NCBI RefSeq assembly: GCF_006345805.1
Contig: NC_043014.1
Coordinates: forward strand, 36,952,001-37,016,000
Length of the DNA stretch: 64,000 bases
From: Octopus sinensis
Taxonomy: Eukaryota
Direction: 5' to 3'
Made by a program: the position numbers and the translations under genes. The notes beneath the pieces were generated by a model that worked only from the letters and a program-made list of their open reading frames with translations, made no database searches and was not told the origin of the DNA. Positions 1-13,600 of the stretch are shown one piece after another (positions within the stretch are counted from its first letter, which is position 1; every line of letters starts with the position of its first letter).

Positions 1-1095
1 CAGACCCCAGTCAAACCGTCCAACCTGTGCTAGCACAGAAAACGGACGTTAAACGATGATGATGAAGTCATTGGGTGCAGGGATGGCTGTGTGATTAAGA
101 AGCTTGCTTTGCAATCACGTAGTTTTGGGTTCAGTCCCCACTGCATAGCACCTTCAGCAAATGTCTTCTACTATAGCCCTAGGCCAATCAATGCCACATG
201 AGTAAATTTGGTAAAGCAACTGGGTAGAAGCCCATCATTTAGATAGTTGCATACAGAAGTGCCAATCACTTAAAGTGGAACTTGTGGAAGAGGGAGACCC
301 AGGAGGATGTGGGGCAAATTACTGAAGGCCAATCTCAAGACACTAAGCCTTACGAAGGAAATGATTAAAAACTGAAATATTTGGTGCATTGCCATACTCA
401 AGAAGACCCGTCCACCATAGCAGAATTTATACCAGTACTGGTTACACATTAAAAGCACCCAGTACACTCTGTGGAGTGGTTGGCATTAGAAAGGGCATCC
501 ACCTGTAGAAACCATGCCACACTAGACAATGGAGTGACTTTTGGGACACCCTGTATATTAGATAGGTTGTCACATTCCAAAACAGCTCTTATTCAGTTAC
601 TGTTTCCCCAGACAGACAGGAGAACTACATCTAGCTCAGGCACTCTATTTCTTGGCATAGTTGCTATGGCTGGATGCTTTTTCTAATACCAACCACTTGA
701 CTGTACAGTTCAAGACATTAGTACTACAAAAGTTGTCATACTTTCAACTCTACTATAGTGTTCCCTTGACCTTATATCGTCTCCTTGTATTTGCTAACTA
801 TTTTAGAGAGCATATTGGGTGCCTTTTATCATGGCACCAGCATTAGATAAATCACCTTGTACCTCACAAGGTTAAAGTGTTATTATTCTATGATGCCTCT
901 TTATTCAAGGAAAGTAGGATATTTTTTTAATTGTTCTTATCTCCAAATATAGGTAAATAGTCTAGCTAAACATGACTTTTGGGGTAATGTTATCTATAAA
1001 ACTGCTTCAGTCTATAAATATATGGATGAGATAAAGAAGGATTAAATATTATAAAAGGATCAAAAAAGGTAGCTATCAATTTGACATATTAACAA

Positions 1096-1325
1096 GGCGG
1101 CGAGCTGGTAGAATCGTTGGCACGCCAGGCGAAATGCTTTGCGGTATTTCGTCCACCGCTGCGTTCTGAGTTCAAATTCCGCCTAGGTCGACTTTGCCTT
1201 TCATCCTTTCGGGGTCAATAAATTAAGTACCAGTTACGCACTGGGGTCGATGTAATTGACTTAATCCGTTTGTCTGTCGTTGTTTGTCCCCTCTGTGTTT
1301 AGCCCCTTGTGGGTTGTAAAGAAAT
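1096..1325 (+). mobile_element. tRNA-derived SINE family B (representative). Others at about 5805-5970, 19296-19480, 20884-21102, 23477-23580, 38140-38344, 38950-39130, 43288-43689 (dimer), 45425-45620(-), 50338-50500
   Basis: Head GGCGGCGAGCTGG, B-box-like GAGTTCAAATTCC, tail ccccttgtggg..taaagaaat; TSD ATATTAACAA at 1086-1095 and 1326-1335. Confidence 0.9.
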
Positions 1326-1734
1326 ATATTAACAAGGAAACTTGTCCAGTAGTTCAAATACCCCTCAAATCATTGCCTATTGTTTTTTAAAAGGGTGGTG
1401 GGGGCACAGTAGATAATGTATTCCGAAATACATTACCTAACTGAATAAAGTATGTGATAAATACATCTTTCATCATAGATTTCTTCCATCAAAGTTGACT
1501 TGGGCCTAATAATATTTATCAATGACGTTCTTTGTCTTGTCACCAAATTCTTGACCAAAAAAATTCATATAGTTAATCTTTCTGTGCAGCATCTGTCCAT
1601 GAGAAAATCATCTACATGTTTTACTATTTTCCATTGTGTCACTGACTTTAGTTTACTGTCACCTTCATTAAGGTAGCTTTGTAAAGAACTTTTTATCTTC
1701 TATCTATCAAAGTAAAATTGTGAAAATAGAATTG

Positions 1735-2595
1735 GAGGGAGCCTGTGGTAGAGGTAGACCCAAGACATGGGACAAGGTAGTGAAGCATGATCTTCGGACT
1801 GTAGGCCTCACAGAGGCAATGACAAGTGACTAAGACCTTTGACAAAATGCTTTGCTTGAGAAGACCCGTTGAGTCAAGTGAAATTATAGTCGTGGCTGAT
1901 ACTGATGTCCTGTAACTGGCACCTATGCTGGTGGCACATATAATAGCACCTTTCAAGTGTTGGGCTTCATAGAGGCAAGGACTGAGACCTTTGGCATTAT
2001 GTCATGATTGAGAAGACAGGAAATGACTAGAGACCGAGACCTTTGGAAGTATGTTGTGCATGAGAAGACCCGGCAGGACAAGTGAGACCATAACCCGTGG
2101 CTTCTACATGGGATGTAGCCAGTCCACTTATGCATACCTTTCCTTCTTGGGACACAAAACTCTACTTGTGAAGACCTGTTGAGGCAAGTGAGAATCGAAA
2201 TTGATCAACATCAATGGAAATTGCAGCTGTGATACCAGTGCCGGTGGCACGTAAGAGAACCATCCGAACGTGGCCGTTGCCAGCGCCGCCCCGACTGGCC
2301 TCGTGCTGGTGGCACGTAAAAAGCACCATCCGTTCGTGGTCATTGCCAGCCTCGTCTGGCCCCCATGCCGGTGGCACGTAAAAAGCACCATCTGATCGTG
2401 GCCGTTTGCCAGCCTCGTCTGGCACCTGTGCCGGCGGCACGTAAAAAGCACCCACTACACTCAGGGAGTGGTTGGCATTAGGAAGGGCATCCAGCTGTAG
2501 AAACATTGCCAGATCAGACTGGGCCTGGTGCAGCCTTCTGGCTTCCCAGACCCCAGTTGAACCGTTCAACCCATGCTAGCATGGAAAGCGGATGC
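1735..2595 (+). mobile_element. RTE 3'-end / 3' UTR fragments (two partial copies in tandem) with four hairpin units and tail
   Basis: gggtagacccaagacatggg..., gagacctttgg..., repeated GTGCCGGTGGCACGTAAAAAGCACC units, tail CCATGCTAGCATGG...GATGATGA; matches 61560-62250. Confidence 0.85.
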
Positions 2596-3223
2596 TAAAC
2601 GACGTTGATGATGAGAAAACCCATCAAGCCAAGTAAAATCACAGTTGTGGCAGTGACATGTAAAATCACCTATTAGACTCCCTAAGTGGTTGGCATTAGG
2701 AAGGGCATCCAGCTATAAAAACCATGCCAAATCAGATTGGAGTCTGGTGCAGCCTTCCAGCTTGCCAGCCCTGATCAAACCATCCAATCCATGCTAGCAT
2801 GGACAACAGATGCTTAGTAATAATGATTTAAAGAGACCCTCTGAAGAACATAACCAATTGAGGTAACTGATGACCACTCACTTTGATTATTAAAAAAGTT
2901 GTTTATTTTATCAGCCTCATATGCAATTAGAGCAAACTACTTGCCACATAGCTACACCTGTGCCTATGTATACTAGGGATGAGACACACACACACGTTTA
3001 TGTGTGTGTGTACATATACAAATGCCCACACAGAGCTTCTTTTTTTCCCTTTTAGTTCCTGTCTGACCAGATATCGCTCATATAGCTTTAGTCACACCGA
3101 GGCTGTAGCAAAAGCACTTACCCAATGTGATACCTTGTAGGACAACACCCAAAAACAGGTGGTTACAAAGTGAACTTCCAAACCACACTGCCTTGCCTGT
3201 AGATTATATCGTTATTTGTATTA

Positions 3224-3598
3224 TTCTTTTACTTGTTTCAGTCATTTGAGTGTGGCCATGCTGGAGCACCGCCTTTAGTCGAGCAAATCGACCCCAGGAC
3301 TTATTCATTGTAAGCCTAGTACTTATTGTATCAGTCTCGTTAGCCAAACTGCTAAGTAACGGGGACATAAACACACCAGCATCGGTTGTCAAGCGATGTT
3401 GGGGGGACAAACACAGACACACACACATATATACAACGGGCTTCTTTCAGTTTCTCTCTACCAAATTCACTCACAAGGCTTTGGTCGACCCGAGGCTATA
3501 GTAGAAGACACTTGCCCAAGGTGCCACACAGAGGGACAGAACCCGGAACCATGTGGTTGGTTAGCAAGCTACTTACCACACAGCCACTCCTACGCCTA
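3224..3598 (-). mobile_element. SINE family A copy
   Basis: Reverse complement of the family-A sequence. Confidence 0.88.
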
Positions 3599-4043
3599 TT
3601 AGAGAATGATGAAAGGCAAAGTTGACTTTTGTGAGATTCCAATTCAAAGTATACCAAAACTCCGTAAGGTATTATGTCCAACACACTATCAAACGAAATT
3701 CCATAAGATACCTTGTCCATTACTTCAATAGTGACCTGAACTTATATCAGTGTCATTCCACAGCTTGTAACAATGTAATGGCCACACAATGGAAATGAGG
3801 AAACAAATTAGGAGAGAAATACTTTTATATGTTCGTTTACTTAAACAGCATGATTATTGTTAATATAGGCAGAAGCCCTTGGATTTGTAAAAGATGTATT
3901 TAGTAGTTATGTACTGAATACATCTGCTACAAAAATATTTTTTCACCCTTATAATCAGAGAAAGACAGGTTGACTCTGATGGAAGGGAGAAGCTAAACAC
4001 TTCAAATCTCTGCTATTTTCTGCTTTCTAAAGCATGAATAATT

Positions 4044-4575
4044 CAATGACTGGCGTCCGTGCTAGCGGGGTGCAAAGAGCACCATACGAGTGTGATCGTT
4101 GACAGAGCGGCTAACCAGCTTCTGTGCCAGTGTCACATAAAAAGCACCATTCGAGTGTGATCATAACCAGTGTCACCTTACTGGCACTTGTGCCCCATGC
4201 TAGTAGGGTGCTAAGAGCATCATCCGAGCGTGATCATTGCCAGAGCAGCTAACTGGCTTCCATGGCGGTGCCACGTAAAAGGCACCATTCGAGCGTTACC
4301 AGCGTCGCCTTACTGGCACTTGTGTCGGTGGCATGTGTATAAGCATTCAAGCGAGGTCGTTGCCAGTACCGCTTGATTGGCCCCTGTGCAGGTGACACGT
4401 AAAAAGCACCCACTACACTCTCGGAGTGGTTGGCATTAGGAAGAGCATCCAGCTGTAGAAACTCTGCCAAATCAAAACTGGAGCCTGGTGCAGCCATCTG
4501 GTTTGCCAGCCCTCGGTCAAATCGTTCAACCCATGCTAGCATGGAAAGCGGACGTTAAATGATGATGATGATGAT
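4044..4575 (+). mobile_element. RTE 3' UTR array + tail copy
   Basis: Tandem gcaccattcgag units and the conserved tail ending (GAT)n. Confidence 0.8.
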
Positions 4576-4740
4576 ATAAAATGATATTAGTTGATATATT
4601 TTCAAGAAGGACAACTAAGCTGTTATGGGAATATTATTTAACTAGCTGATTCATGCCTCTAAGTCAAAATATACATATGGTTATAGTCAAAACAGAGGCA
4701 GTTATAATTTGAGTTAATCCAAATCAATACTGATCATACA

Positions 4741-5195
4741 TCATCATCATCATCGTTTAACGTCCGCTTTCCATGCTAGCATGGGTTGGAAGGTTCAACT
4801 GAGGTCTGGGAAGCCCGAAGGCTGCACCAGGCCAGTCAGATCTGGCAGTGTTTCTACAGCTGGATGCCCTTCCTGACGCCAACCACTCCGTGAGTGTAGT
4901 GGGTGCTTTTTATGTGTCACCAACACAGGTGCCAGACAAGGCTGGCGAACGGCCACGCTCGGATGGTGCTTTTTACATGCCACCAATACGGAGGCCAGGC
5001 GAGGCTGGCAACGGCCACGATCGGATGGTGTTTGTTATGTGCCACCAGCACGGAGGCCAGCCAATGCGGTGCTGGCTACGGCCACGTTCAGATGGTTCTC
5101 TTATGTGCCACAACTACAAATTCCATTGATGTTGATCGATTTCGACTTGATTTTTTGATTTTCACTTGCCTCAACAGGTCTTCACAAGTAGAGTT
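4741..5195 (-). mobile_element. RTE 3' UTR array + tail copy (antisense, about 80 bp upstream of an MCUR1 acceptor)
   Basis: (CAT)n, then the reverse complement of the tail and units. Confidence 0.8.
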
Positions 5196-5273
5196 ATGTG
5201 TCCCAAGAAGGAGGAAAAAAAATTATTCATGAAAATACATGGCATTTTGCTAATTGTGCTTTATATTCAACAG

Positions 5274-5377
5274 GCTTCACCATTGAACAAGCTGAAGCTA
5301 TCACCGAAGCTCTTGTCGAAGTAGTTAATATGACACTTGAACAACAATCTAAAGAGATGGTTACAAAAACACAACAG
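5274..5377 (+). CDS. MCUR1: MCUR1 internal coding exon (phase 1 to 0)
   Basis: ttcaacag|GCTTCACC...CAACAG|gtaaac; [35 protein letters not shown]. Confidence 0.9.
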
Positions 5378-8300
5378 GTAAACTACTTTCAAAATTCTAA
5401 CAAATTCTGAATAAACTGAATTTGCCCACCCATTCCCAAATTAAATCTGAAAAGGCTTCTTTTTTTTCTGATATTGTACATCTTTGTATATTAATATTTC
5501 AATTAATTTTAATAGAATATTATTATAAAATAAAGGGAAAAAGAGACTTCATGTGTATTTCTTTTTCTTACCTGACCGTTATTACAAACTAATTTATTTA
5601 ATCATTAACTTTTTACAAGAAGTGCTCAATGAATTTAACTAATTCAAAGAATTACTAATTTAGTCCTTATTAATTCAGAATTTTAGTAAGTTCTGATTTA
5701 AATTCACCCACACCTTCCCATATAAAATCTGAAAAGGCTTTCTTAATAATTTTCTACATTTTTGTATATTAATATTTCAATTAATTGGCAGAATTATTAA
5801 CACAACAGGCAAAATTCTTAGCAGCATTTCATCCATCTGAGTTCAAATTCTGCCATGGCCAACTTTGTCTTTCATCCTTTCTGGGATAAGTGCCAGTTGA
5901 GCTGGGGCTGATGTAATCAACCTACTCCCATCCCTTAATTTACTGGCCTTGTGCCAAAATTTGAAAAATTTTAAGAGAACAAAATTATTATATCTACAAT
6001 GGGAAGAGGTGACTTCCCTTGTTTTCTTTTTTCTTGCCAGTTATCTCAGAATCATCATCATCATTTAACATTGGTTGTCCATGCTGTAATAGGTTGAATG
6101 GTTTGACCAGGGCTGATAAGCTGGAAGACTGCACCAGACTCCAGTCTGGTTTGGTATTGATTTCTTCCTAATACCAACCACTCAAATATTGACAATCAAT
6201 TATTAGAAACTAGATTTAATCATTAAATTTACAACGAATGTTCAATGGATTTAACTAATTCAAAGAATTACTAATTTGGTCCTGAGTAATTAAAATTTTT
6301 CCAAATATTTCTTTGGCTCGTTGCAGCTTTATAAAGTTTTCAATACTTTATTAAAGACCTAATACTTATAAAATATATATATGTATTAGCTATATTAGTA
6401 TGTTATATGCATAACTAATTACAAAATTAAGAAATCTAGATCTCAAGTTGCGTTTTAACTGGATGACCACAGACAATTAAAAAGAGAAAGCATTTTATAA
6501 ACAAATTCCATTTTTATTGTGCAATGTCTTCTATTTAATTTTTTCTTAAACTTTAATTTTTCCACGTTTTTCTGCAGGAAATTGTAACCCAGCAATTACT
6601 GGCTGAAATTGCAGCTGTTAAGAAGGACATGATCATTCTTGAGAAAAGTGAATTCTCAAACCTACGCAATATAACAGAAGTAAGGTTTTTTTTTTTTTTT
6701 TTTACAAAATAATTCAAGAAATTTTAAGATAGCCACCTGTATACCATATTTAATGTAAATACACTATTGAAAGGCCAGTCACTGCAGTGACATCTCTTAT
6801 GGACATGCTGTGTTAAAAATACAGATATCAGACAGGAAACGAAAATTCATCCACCAGTGGCCAGCAAGAACACATGTGCATTTCGGTCTTTTTCCTAGCA
6901 TTCTCAATGATGCATGCTCGCAGCCAGCCACATGCTCAGACAAGAGTTCATTGGCTGTGATATAGGAAACAGTGAATAAAACATTCACTGATGTTGCAAA
7001 TACCTGCCCGGTTGAATAAAAAATCTTGCATACAAAATTGAAGCAGTATTAAATTTAAATAGCCATCTACATATCACACCTAAAGTGTACACACCATTGA
7101 CAGGCCAGTTATTGTGCTATTTGTCCTGAGATAATTTCTTATGGCAGTGCTGTGTTAAAAACATAATAAATATCAGGGTGAGACGACAACTCATCCCATG
7201 CAGAAAAATATTTCTTAATCTTTTTAAGCTTATTTGGAAGTTAATAATTTTTAAACAATCACTACATATAATCATTTGCATGAAACAATGTTGTTCATAT
7301 GTAAAGAATTATTACAGCTTGTCCACAGGCTTTCAATTTTGTTGTTTTCTCTCGTTAAAAGCATTATATTTGAAGCATCATGAATAAACAACAACAGGCA
7401 GTATAAGTTTAAATAGAATTTGTGATTAATAAGGAAAATCATTTGTAGAATTTTAAGGGGATAAAAATGAGAATTTTATCATCTTCATTTGATGTCTACC
7501 TTCCACACTGGCATTGGTTGGATGGTTCTGCAGGATCCAGTATGTCAGAGGATTCTGTCAGGTCCCAATCTCTGTAAAATGGTTCTTAACGCCAACCACT
7601 TTGCTGAGTATATTGGGTACTTTTTCATGGTACCAGCTTTAGTGATATTACATTGAAACTTACAGGCCTAAAGTAGCCCTTATAGCTGAAGGAGAATAGA
7701 AGAGAGGTAGGGTACAATGATTCTGTATTGGTTTAAGAGGGATGGTAATGTAAATTTATATATATATATACACACACACACACACATACACACTGTCATA
7801 GTGTATAAGAAGGCTAATTTAAATATTTTTACATTTAAACATCAAAAATTACTAGAAGCAACCTACACATAACAGGCATTAAGCTAATGAAGTTTTATAT
7901 GGATATTCATGTTAATACATAAATTATCAGTGGTTCCCACCATGAGGCATATGCCCCTCCAGTGAGGGAGAGGAAAATCGTGGTGGAGCATGGGACCCAA
8001 AACTTTTTTTTTTTTAGTTGTACATGGAATTGTGGGAATCTTTTTTTCACAGCAAACAAACTACACATATACTCAGCCTAACAAAACCAATCCCTCCAGC
8101 CAAACATCTCTATGAAGACTGTTTGCTACAGTATAGCACTAATACTAATGTCATGGCTGAAGCTAACAAAATTGTCTCCTCAAATCAAGGAAATCTGCTG
8201 TGGTTGCCAGGCACAAGGCTCTCAAAGTGATTCACTTCTTTATTTCTTAGTCAATAATGTACTTTTTGTTGTACTCAGTACATTATTTTTTATGAAATAA

Positions 8301-9496
8301 TTATGATAAAATATTAAAAATAGAGTTGGGTTTTTTTTTTCCAACCACTGGAGGGACATACATTTTTCTGGAAAGTTATAGTGAGGCCCACAGGAAAATA
8401 GGTTGGGAAATAATGATTTAAATATTTAGCTGTATACATTGTATGTGTGCATATATAAAGAGAGACAGACAGACAGAGAATTCAATTATCTCAGCAACAG
8501 TTAAATTTTGATTTAAATGATTTAGGAATAAGGTTGCTTTTCTTCAATTTGTCACTCAAAACAGTCATTTTCATAAACATCCAATCATTTTATAATCCCC
8601 AATATGTCAATGGCTTGCTAACTTTTTGCATTTTAAATCTCCTTAATTTATATTTTCTCTCTAACCAGCAGGAGAACTTAATAAATTAAAATGTTTCTGT
8701 TTTAGTGTTATGTAAAAGGCAAACAGTTTCTTTGGTTACCTTAATGGTTTTTTGGGGGGTTTTTTAATCTTCTTTTCAGAAACAGAGTAGAGATATATTG
8801 CAACTAAAGGATACTGTAAGAGATGAAGTGTCTAAATTGGAAGGGAAAATCTTACTGGATGTAAATCTCGAAAGAGGCCGTACCAACGAAGAGGTATGTG
8901 TTTGGCTATTCTATATGCAACACTGAATAATAGAAATAGCATTTTGGGATTAATCCTAAAACATTTTGTATTTATAGTAATGTGTTGTTGAAGTAAGAAA
9001 AAAAACTTAAATATTACATTTGAAGTTAATAACCTGCAACAATTGCTATAAAATCATTTTATTTTTAAATTTCAAGTTTGCTGATAAAGAAACCCAAATT
9101 TCGAATATCAATAATAAAATTGATACAAAAATTGCTGATCTCCGCACAACATTTGAGCAACACAGAAATGATGTCCTGAAATATGCTGGAGGTAGGTTCA
9201 TTGCTTTATGGTGAGAATACCTATAAGCTGTTATGCTGCATGTGGGAAGTTAGGGAGATATGCAGAAGACTTTCTCTGAAAGAATGTTTAGTTTGGTGAA
9301 GCACATCTGTCTGCTAGTCAGAACTACAAAAATAAACTTCACGTGGCTGTGTGGTAGGTAGCTTACTTACCAATCACATGGTTCCGGGTTCATTCCCACT
9401 GCGTGGCACCTTGGGCAAGTGTCTTCTACTATTGCCTCGGGTCGACCAAAGCCTTGTGAGTGGATTTGGTAGATGGAAACTGAAAGAAGCCCATCG

Positions 9497-9535
<39 letters not shown>

Positions 9536-10113
9536 CCACCCAACATTGCTTGACAACTAATGGTGGTGTGTTTATGTCCCTGTAACTGTAGCAGTTCAGC
9601 AAAAGAGACCGATAAAATAAGTACTAGGCTTACAAAGAAGTCCTGGGGTCGATTTGCTCGACTAAAGGCAGTGCTCCAGCATGGCCACGGTCAAATGACT
9701 GAAACGAGCAAAAAAGAGAGTACTGCTGTTATTCAGAGTATGGAGACTGTGCCATCTGAGAATGAATTTTCTTTGTTTGGTTTCCATTTACAGCTAGTTC
9801 AACTGGGTTATTTGAGAGTGTAGTTTCTTGATCAGACACCACAAATGCCAGTTTGTGACAATATGAACTGCTGGCTTCTCAATTTAATATCTAGTATTAA
9901 AGCATCAAAATACATGCTGTGAAATGTTACTTTTGTAGCTTCAGTGAAACTCACCTATCTGCATATTAATTTTTGTTTAGCTTTTAGATAAGTTTAAACT
10001 AGAATTGAAAATCTTGTTTTACATATTATTATCGCCTATTTCTTTGTCTATTTCCAGGAACCATTTTCTCGTGTCTGACAATTTCTCTTGGTTTTTATCG
10101 TCTATGGTCCTGA
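5274..10113 (+). CDS. MCUR1: Mitochondrial calcium uniporter regulator 1 / CCDC90-family coiled-coil protein, 3' part (last five coding exons; 5' exons outside the window)
   Basis: Exons 5274-5377, 6578-6679, 8780-8893, 9077-9191 and 10058-10113 have AG/GT boundaries and join in frame: (G)[113 protein letters not shown]...[39 protein letters not shown] and the C-terminal TM segment LGFYRLW match MCUR1 as I recall it; the paralog CCDC90B cannot be excluded without a tree. Confidence 0.92.
6578..6679 (+). CDS. MCUR1: MCUR1 internal coding exon
   Basis: tttctgcag|GAAATT...ACAGAA|gtaagg; 102 nt; [34 protein letters not shown]. Confidence 0.92.
7928..8420. mobile_element. Degenerate hAT-like MITE remnant(s)
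   Basis: CAGTGGTTCCCA start, ccaaccactg at about 8340-8349 and ggttgggaa near 8401. Confidence 0.4.
8780..8893 (+). CDS. MCUR1: MCUR1 internal coding exon
   Basis: tcttttcag|AAACAG...GAAGAG|gtatgt; 114 nt; contains LDVNLERGR. Confidence 0.9.
9077..9191 (+). CDS. MCUR1: MCUR1 penultimate coding exon
   Basis: tttcaag|TTTGCT...GCTGGAG|gtaggt; 115 nt; [38 protein letters not shown]. Confidence 0.9.
9340..9718 (+). mobile_element. SINE family A copy (last MCUR1 intron)
   Basis: Family-A head, (TA)n core and tail. Confidence 0.88.
10058..10113 (+). CDS. MCUR1: MCUR1 terminal coding exon (transmembrane tail)
   Basis: tatttccag|GAACCATT...TCCTGA; [18 protein letters not shown]. Confidence 0.9.
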
Positions 10114-10515
10114 CCACAACTCAAAATCAATCCAACAAGAACTTACAAATCAATATATTTTTTATTTCACTGTTGAACCAAATGGAGAGACTTGAAATTT
10201 ACAAACTTCCAGTGGTCATAAGTTTGCTGAATATGAGCTTTTCTAAGAATTAATTAAATGGTAAAATTCCCCTCCCTTCCATTAAAAAGCTCAGGTGCAC
10301 ACACAGACATTCTTCTTTAGATATTTTAATTAAATAAGGCATAACCTGCTCCTTTGTCTGCAAGTTTAAGGATGGAAAAAAATTGTAATATCACATAAAA
10401 TGGTGTTTCGAGACAAAATATGGACGGATGTTTACTTAAGTCAAAAATCAACGTAGTATTTACCTAGAAGCATTTAAGAAAGAAATGCATCCATATCTAG
10501 AAAAAAAAATACAGA

Positions 10516-10521
10516 TTTATT
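10516..10521 (-). terminator. Putative poly(A) signal of PDCD5
   Basis: AATAAA on the minus strand 94 nt past the stop, followed by a U-rich tract (forward A-run 10501-10509). Confidence 0.6.
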
Positions 10522-10614
10522 CCTGTTTTGTTTTTTAGAATATAATTGAAGAGAAAGCAAGTGGGAAAAAAAATTAGCCAATGGTTATAAGTCCAGGTGT
10601 GAATATGAATATAA

Positions 10615-10662
10615 TTAATAGTCATCATCAGAGTCATCCATTTGAACTCTTCTTCGGTCAAA
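10615..10662 (-). CDS. PDCD5: PDCD5 terminal coding exon
   Basis: Minus strand attttcag|TTTGACCG...TATTAA; [15 protein letters not shown]. Confidence 0.92.
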   Translation of the reverse strand, partial: FDRRRVQMDDSDDDY

Positions 10663-13600
10663 CTGAAAATATATGGAAAAAAAAAGAATTTGAATTTTTA
10701 ATGTGAAATTATATAACACATAGGCAGATACATGTATTTAAGTTGTTATGCATTTGATAAAGTATATATTTTTTAAAAAACTGGGATCAAGGTGTTTTTG
10801 TGAATTTCTGCCATTCACCTGAATGATGCACATTTCTGCTTTCCACAAGACTGAATCTCTAAAGCTAGAATGTCAATCTATCACCAGTTAATTTTCCTAA
10901 GGGTAGAAGTGAACCTGGCATTCTAAGAGGTTTTAAATTTGCAATGCTTGTAGTAACAACTCAAACCACTATGTGGTCCCTTCAAACAGCTAGGTGGACT
11001 GCACTACTTAGAACTAAGTGACTTAGTCACGGGTATATTACAAAATGCTGGCAAAAGACTGCAAATGTCAACAAAGTACAATCCACCATCCTCTCAATTG
11101 GTAACTTATCTTGTATTTATTTCTTGGTTATTCATCTCTTGGATATACAGATAAACGGAAAAAATACCCTATTTTATAATGTTTAATAAAAATCTGATCA
11201 TAAAATGTGTTGTTATAATTTTTACGTAAGAAAATTTGCATAATTATAGCAAAGAAAGTGGTTTTGTTGATGAGTTTACAATACAACTGACAAAAGATAG
11301 AAAACTACATCTTACGATGACAAACTAAGCTGTGTGAAGAAGTGCTGCTCTCTAACTGTGAAGGGAACCTGTGGAAGAGGTAGACCCAGGAAGACATGGG
11401 ATGAGGTGATGAAGCATGATCTTCAAACATTGAGCCTCAATGACTGAGACCTGTGGCGATATGCCATGCTTGAGAAGACCGGTCAAGCCCAATGAAATCA
11501 GTCATTGCCAATGGCCAGTTTCATGTAACTGGTACTCACACCAGTAGCACATAAAATCCACCCTTGGTAATATTCTGTGCTTGGGAAGACCTGTCAAGCC
11601 AAGTGAAATCAGTTGTAGCCAATGCCAGTGTTACATACCTGGCGTCCATGCTGGTGGCACATGAAAAGCACCCATCAAACTTTGGGCCTCAGAGAGGCAA
11701 GTGACCAAGACTTTTGGCAATGTACTGTGCTTGAGAAGACCTGTCAAGCCAAGTGAAATCAGTTGTAGCCAATGCCGGTGTTACATACCTGGCATCCGTG
11801 CTGGTGGCACATGAAAAGCACCCATTAAACTTTGGGCCTCAGAGAGGCTAGTGACAAGTGACCGATACTTGGCAATATACTGCGCTTGAGAAGACCTGTC
11901 AAGCCAAGTGAGATTGCAGTCATGGCTGATGCCAGTGTTCCATAACTGGCACATAAAAAGCACCCACTACACTCTTCGAGTGGCTGGCATTAGGAAAGAC
12001 ATCCAGCTGTAGAAACCATGCCAAATCAGATTGAAACCTGGTGCAGCTCTCCAGCTTACCAGTTTTCAGTCAAGCCATCCAACCCATGCCAGCATGGAAA
12101 ACAGACGTTAAATGATGGTTTCACAAAAAAAGAATATTTGAATATTAAATAATACATATTTTTACAAAACACTTAAAAAGCTTGTCAAACTTAGTTTAAC
12201 TATCATCATAATTAACTCAAGACATTTTTAATCTTTTTCCCATTTCAATTACTAGCAATCAGTATATCCACACCACATATGCAGAATGTCTTTAAGTTCT
12301 ATTTTCTTCAACAGCTTGACACTTTTTATACAATCTACTTTAAGAATGAAAAACTGATAAGCTAGATGAAGATCTTAACTACATAAAGGCTCTATTTTAC
12401 CTCATCACATCATTTTCTTTTTTTTTTTTAATGAATGAACTGTGTTGATGTAAGCTACTAGACTTTTGTGATTAACCTAACAAGATTAATTTTATCAAGA
12501 ACATCTAGTTACGGTAGATCAGATATGTTGAGCCAAAGCTTGGGAAAATATTCAACCGTTATATTCTTTTACTGGTTTCAGTCAATGACTGCAAGCATGA
12601 CGGGACACCAACGTCTAGGGTTTTAGCTGAACATCAACATTTATCATCAGTTTTCCATGCTGGCATGGATTGGACAGTTTAACAGGAACTGGCAAGACCA
12701 GGGTTTGCACCAGGTACCAGTCTGTTTTGGCTTGGTTTCTACAGCTAGGTGTCCTTCCTAATGCCAACCAGTCTATAGAGTATACTGGGTGATTTTTACA
12801 TGGCCCCATCACCACTGAGCTTAATACTTATTTTCACAAACCTTTTTTCCCCTCGTTTTTGTATCATAAAGGGACACTACTATACACACACACAAGGGGT
12901 TTCATCAAACCAAGATTTGTATGGATGTGAAGCACTTTTTAATTAAAAAAAAAATTATTACCTTTACTGTTGTTTTCCGCTGCGTTTGCTCACTAACTTG
13001 TTCCAATAGACTAATTAGATGGTTTTCACTAAGCTGCAAATAGAAACAGGAAGATAATTATCTGCTCAGCCAAAAATAATTGTAAATTAAATAGTATGAA
13101 AAACAAAAATATTTTGCTTGATGTAAAGCTAATTTTTTCAATTAACCCTTTCGTTACTGTATTTATTTTGAGATGCTCTGTGTTTCTTTCAATTATTTTA
13201 AATATAACAAAGAATTTAGTAAAATAACTTAGTTATCATTCAGCTAGTGTTAGGAACATTAATTGTGACTAAGGTTTGGTAGAAGATTTTGATTTCAAAA
13301 CTTATGAAAACAAGACATTAGTACTACAGAGCAAGAGCTGGTTTCAGCAAGGTTGGTAACAAAGGAGTTAAACAACTATATTTTTCCTTGTGAAACTAGA
13401 TTTAAGCCAACTTCAGTGCATTACTGGTTCTTTTTATTGTTTTCATGTAAAAATGAATGACAAAGTTGGGATTTAACCCAGGTCATAGGACAAATTTAAA
13501 TATTGTAATGTGTTTTAGTTAGCTTCATCTTATTCATTCTACCAATTCAACATCCTTTTATATGTAACTTACAAACACATGAGTAAAGGAAAGTCTTTAT

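Noticed and set aside
1096-1200. tRNA genes suggested by A/B-box motifs in SINE heads
   Set aside because: No complete cloverleaf could be drawn; each head is followed by a constant SINE body and is often flanked by TSDs.
2128-2569. Recurrent ORFs such as '[14 protein letters not shown]…VVGAFYVPP' and 'MLGGQT…[11 protein letters not shown]' suggesting a multigene family
   Set aside because: These are chance frames through the RTE tail and SINE A; starts, stops and frames vary between copies and there are no splice signals or codon-level conservation.
1-5273. Upstream MCUR1 exons (expected FDTH-type motif)
   Set aside because: No exon with that motif and a phase-1 donor was found by eye; these exons are presumed to lie upstream of the window.
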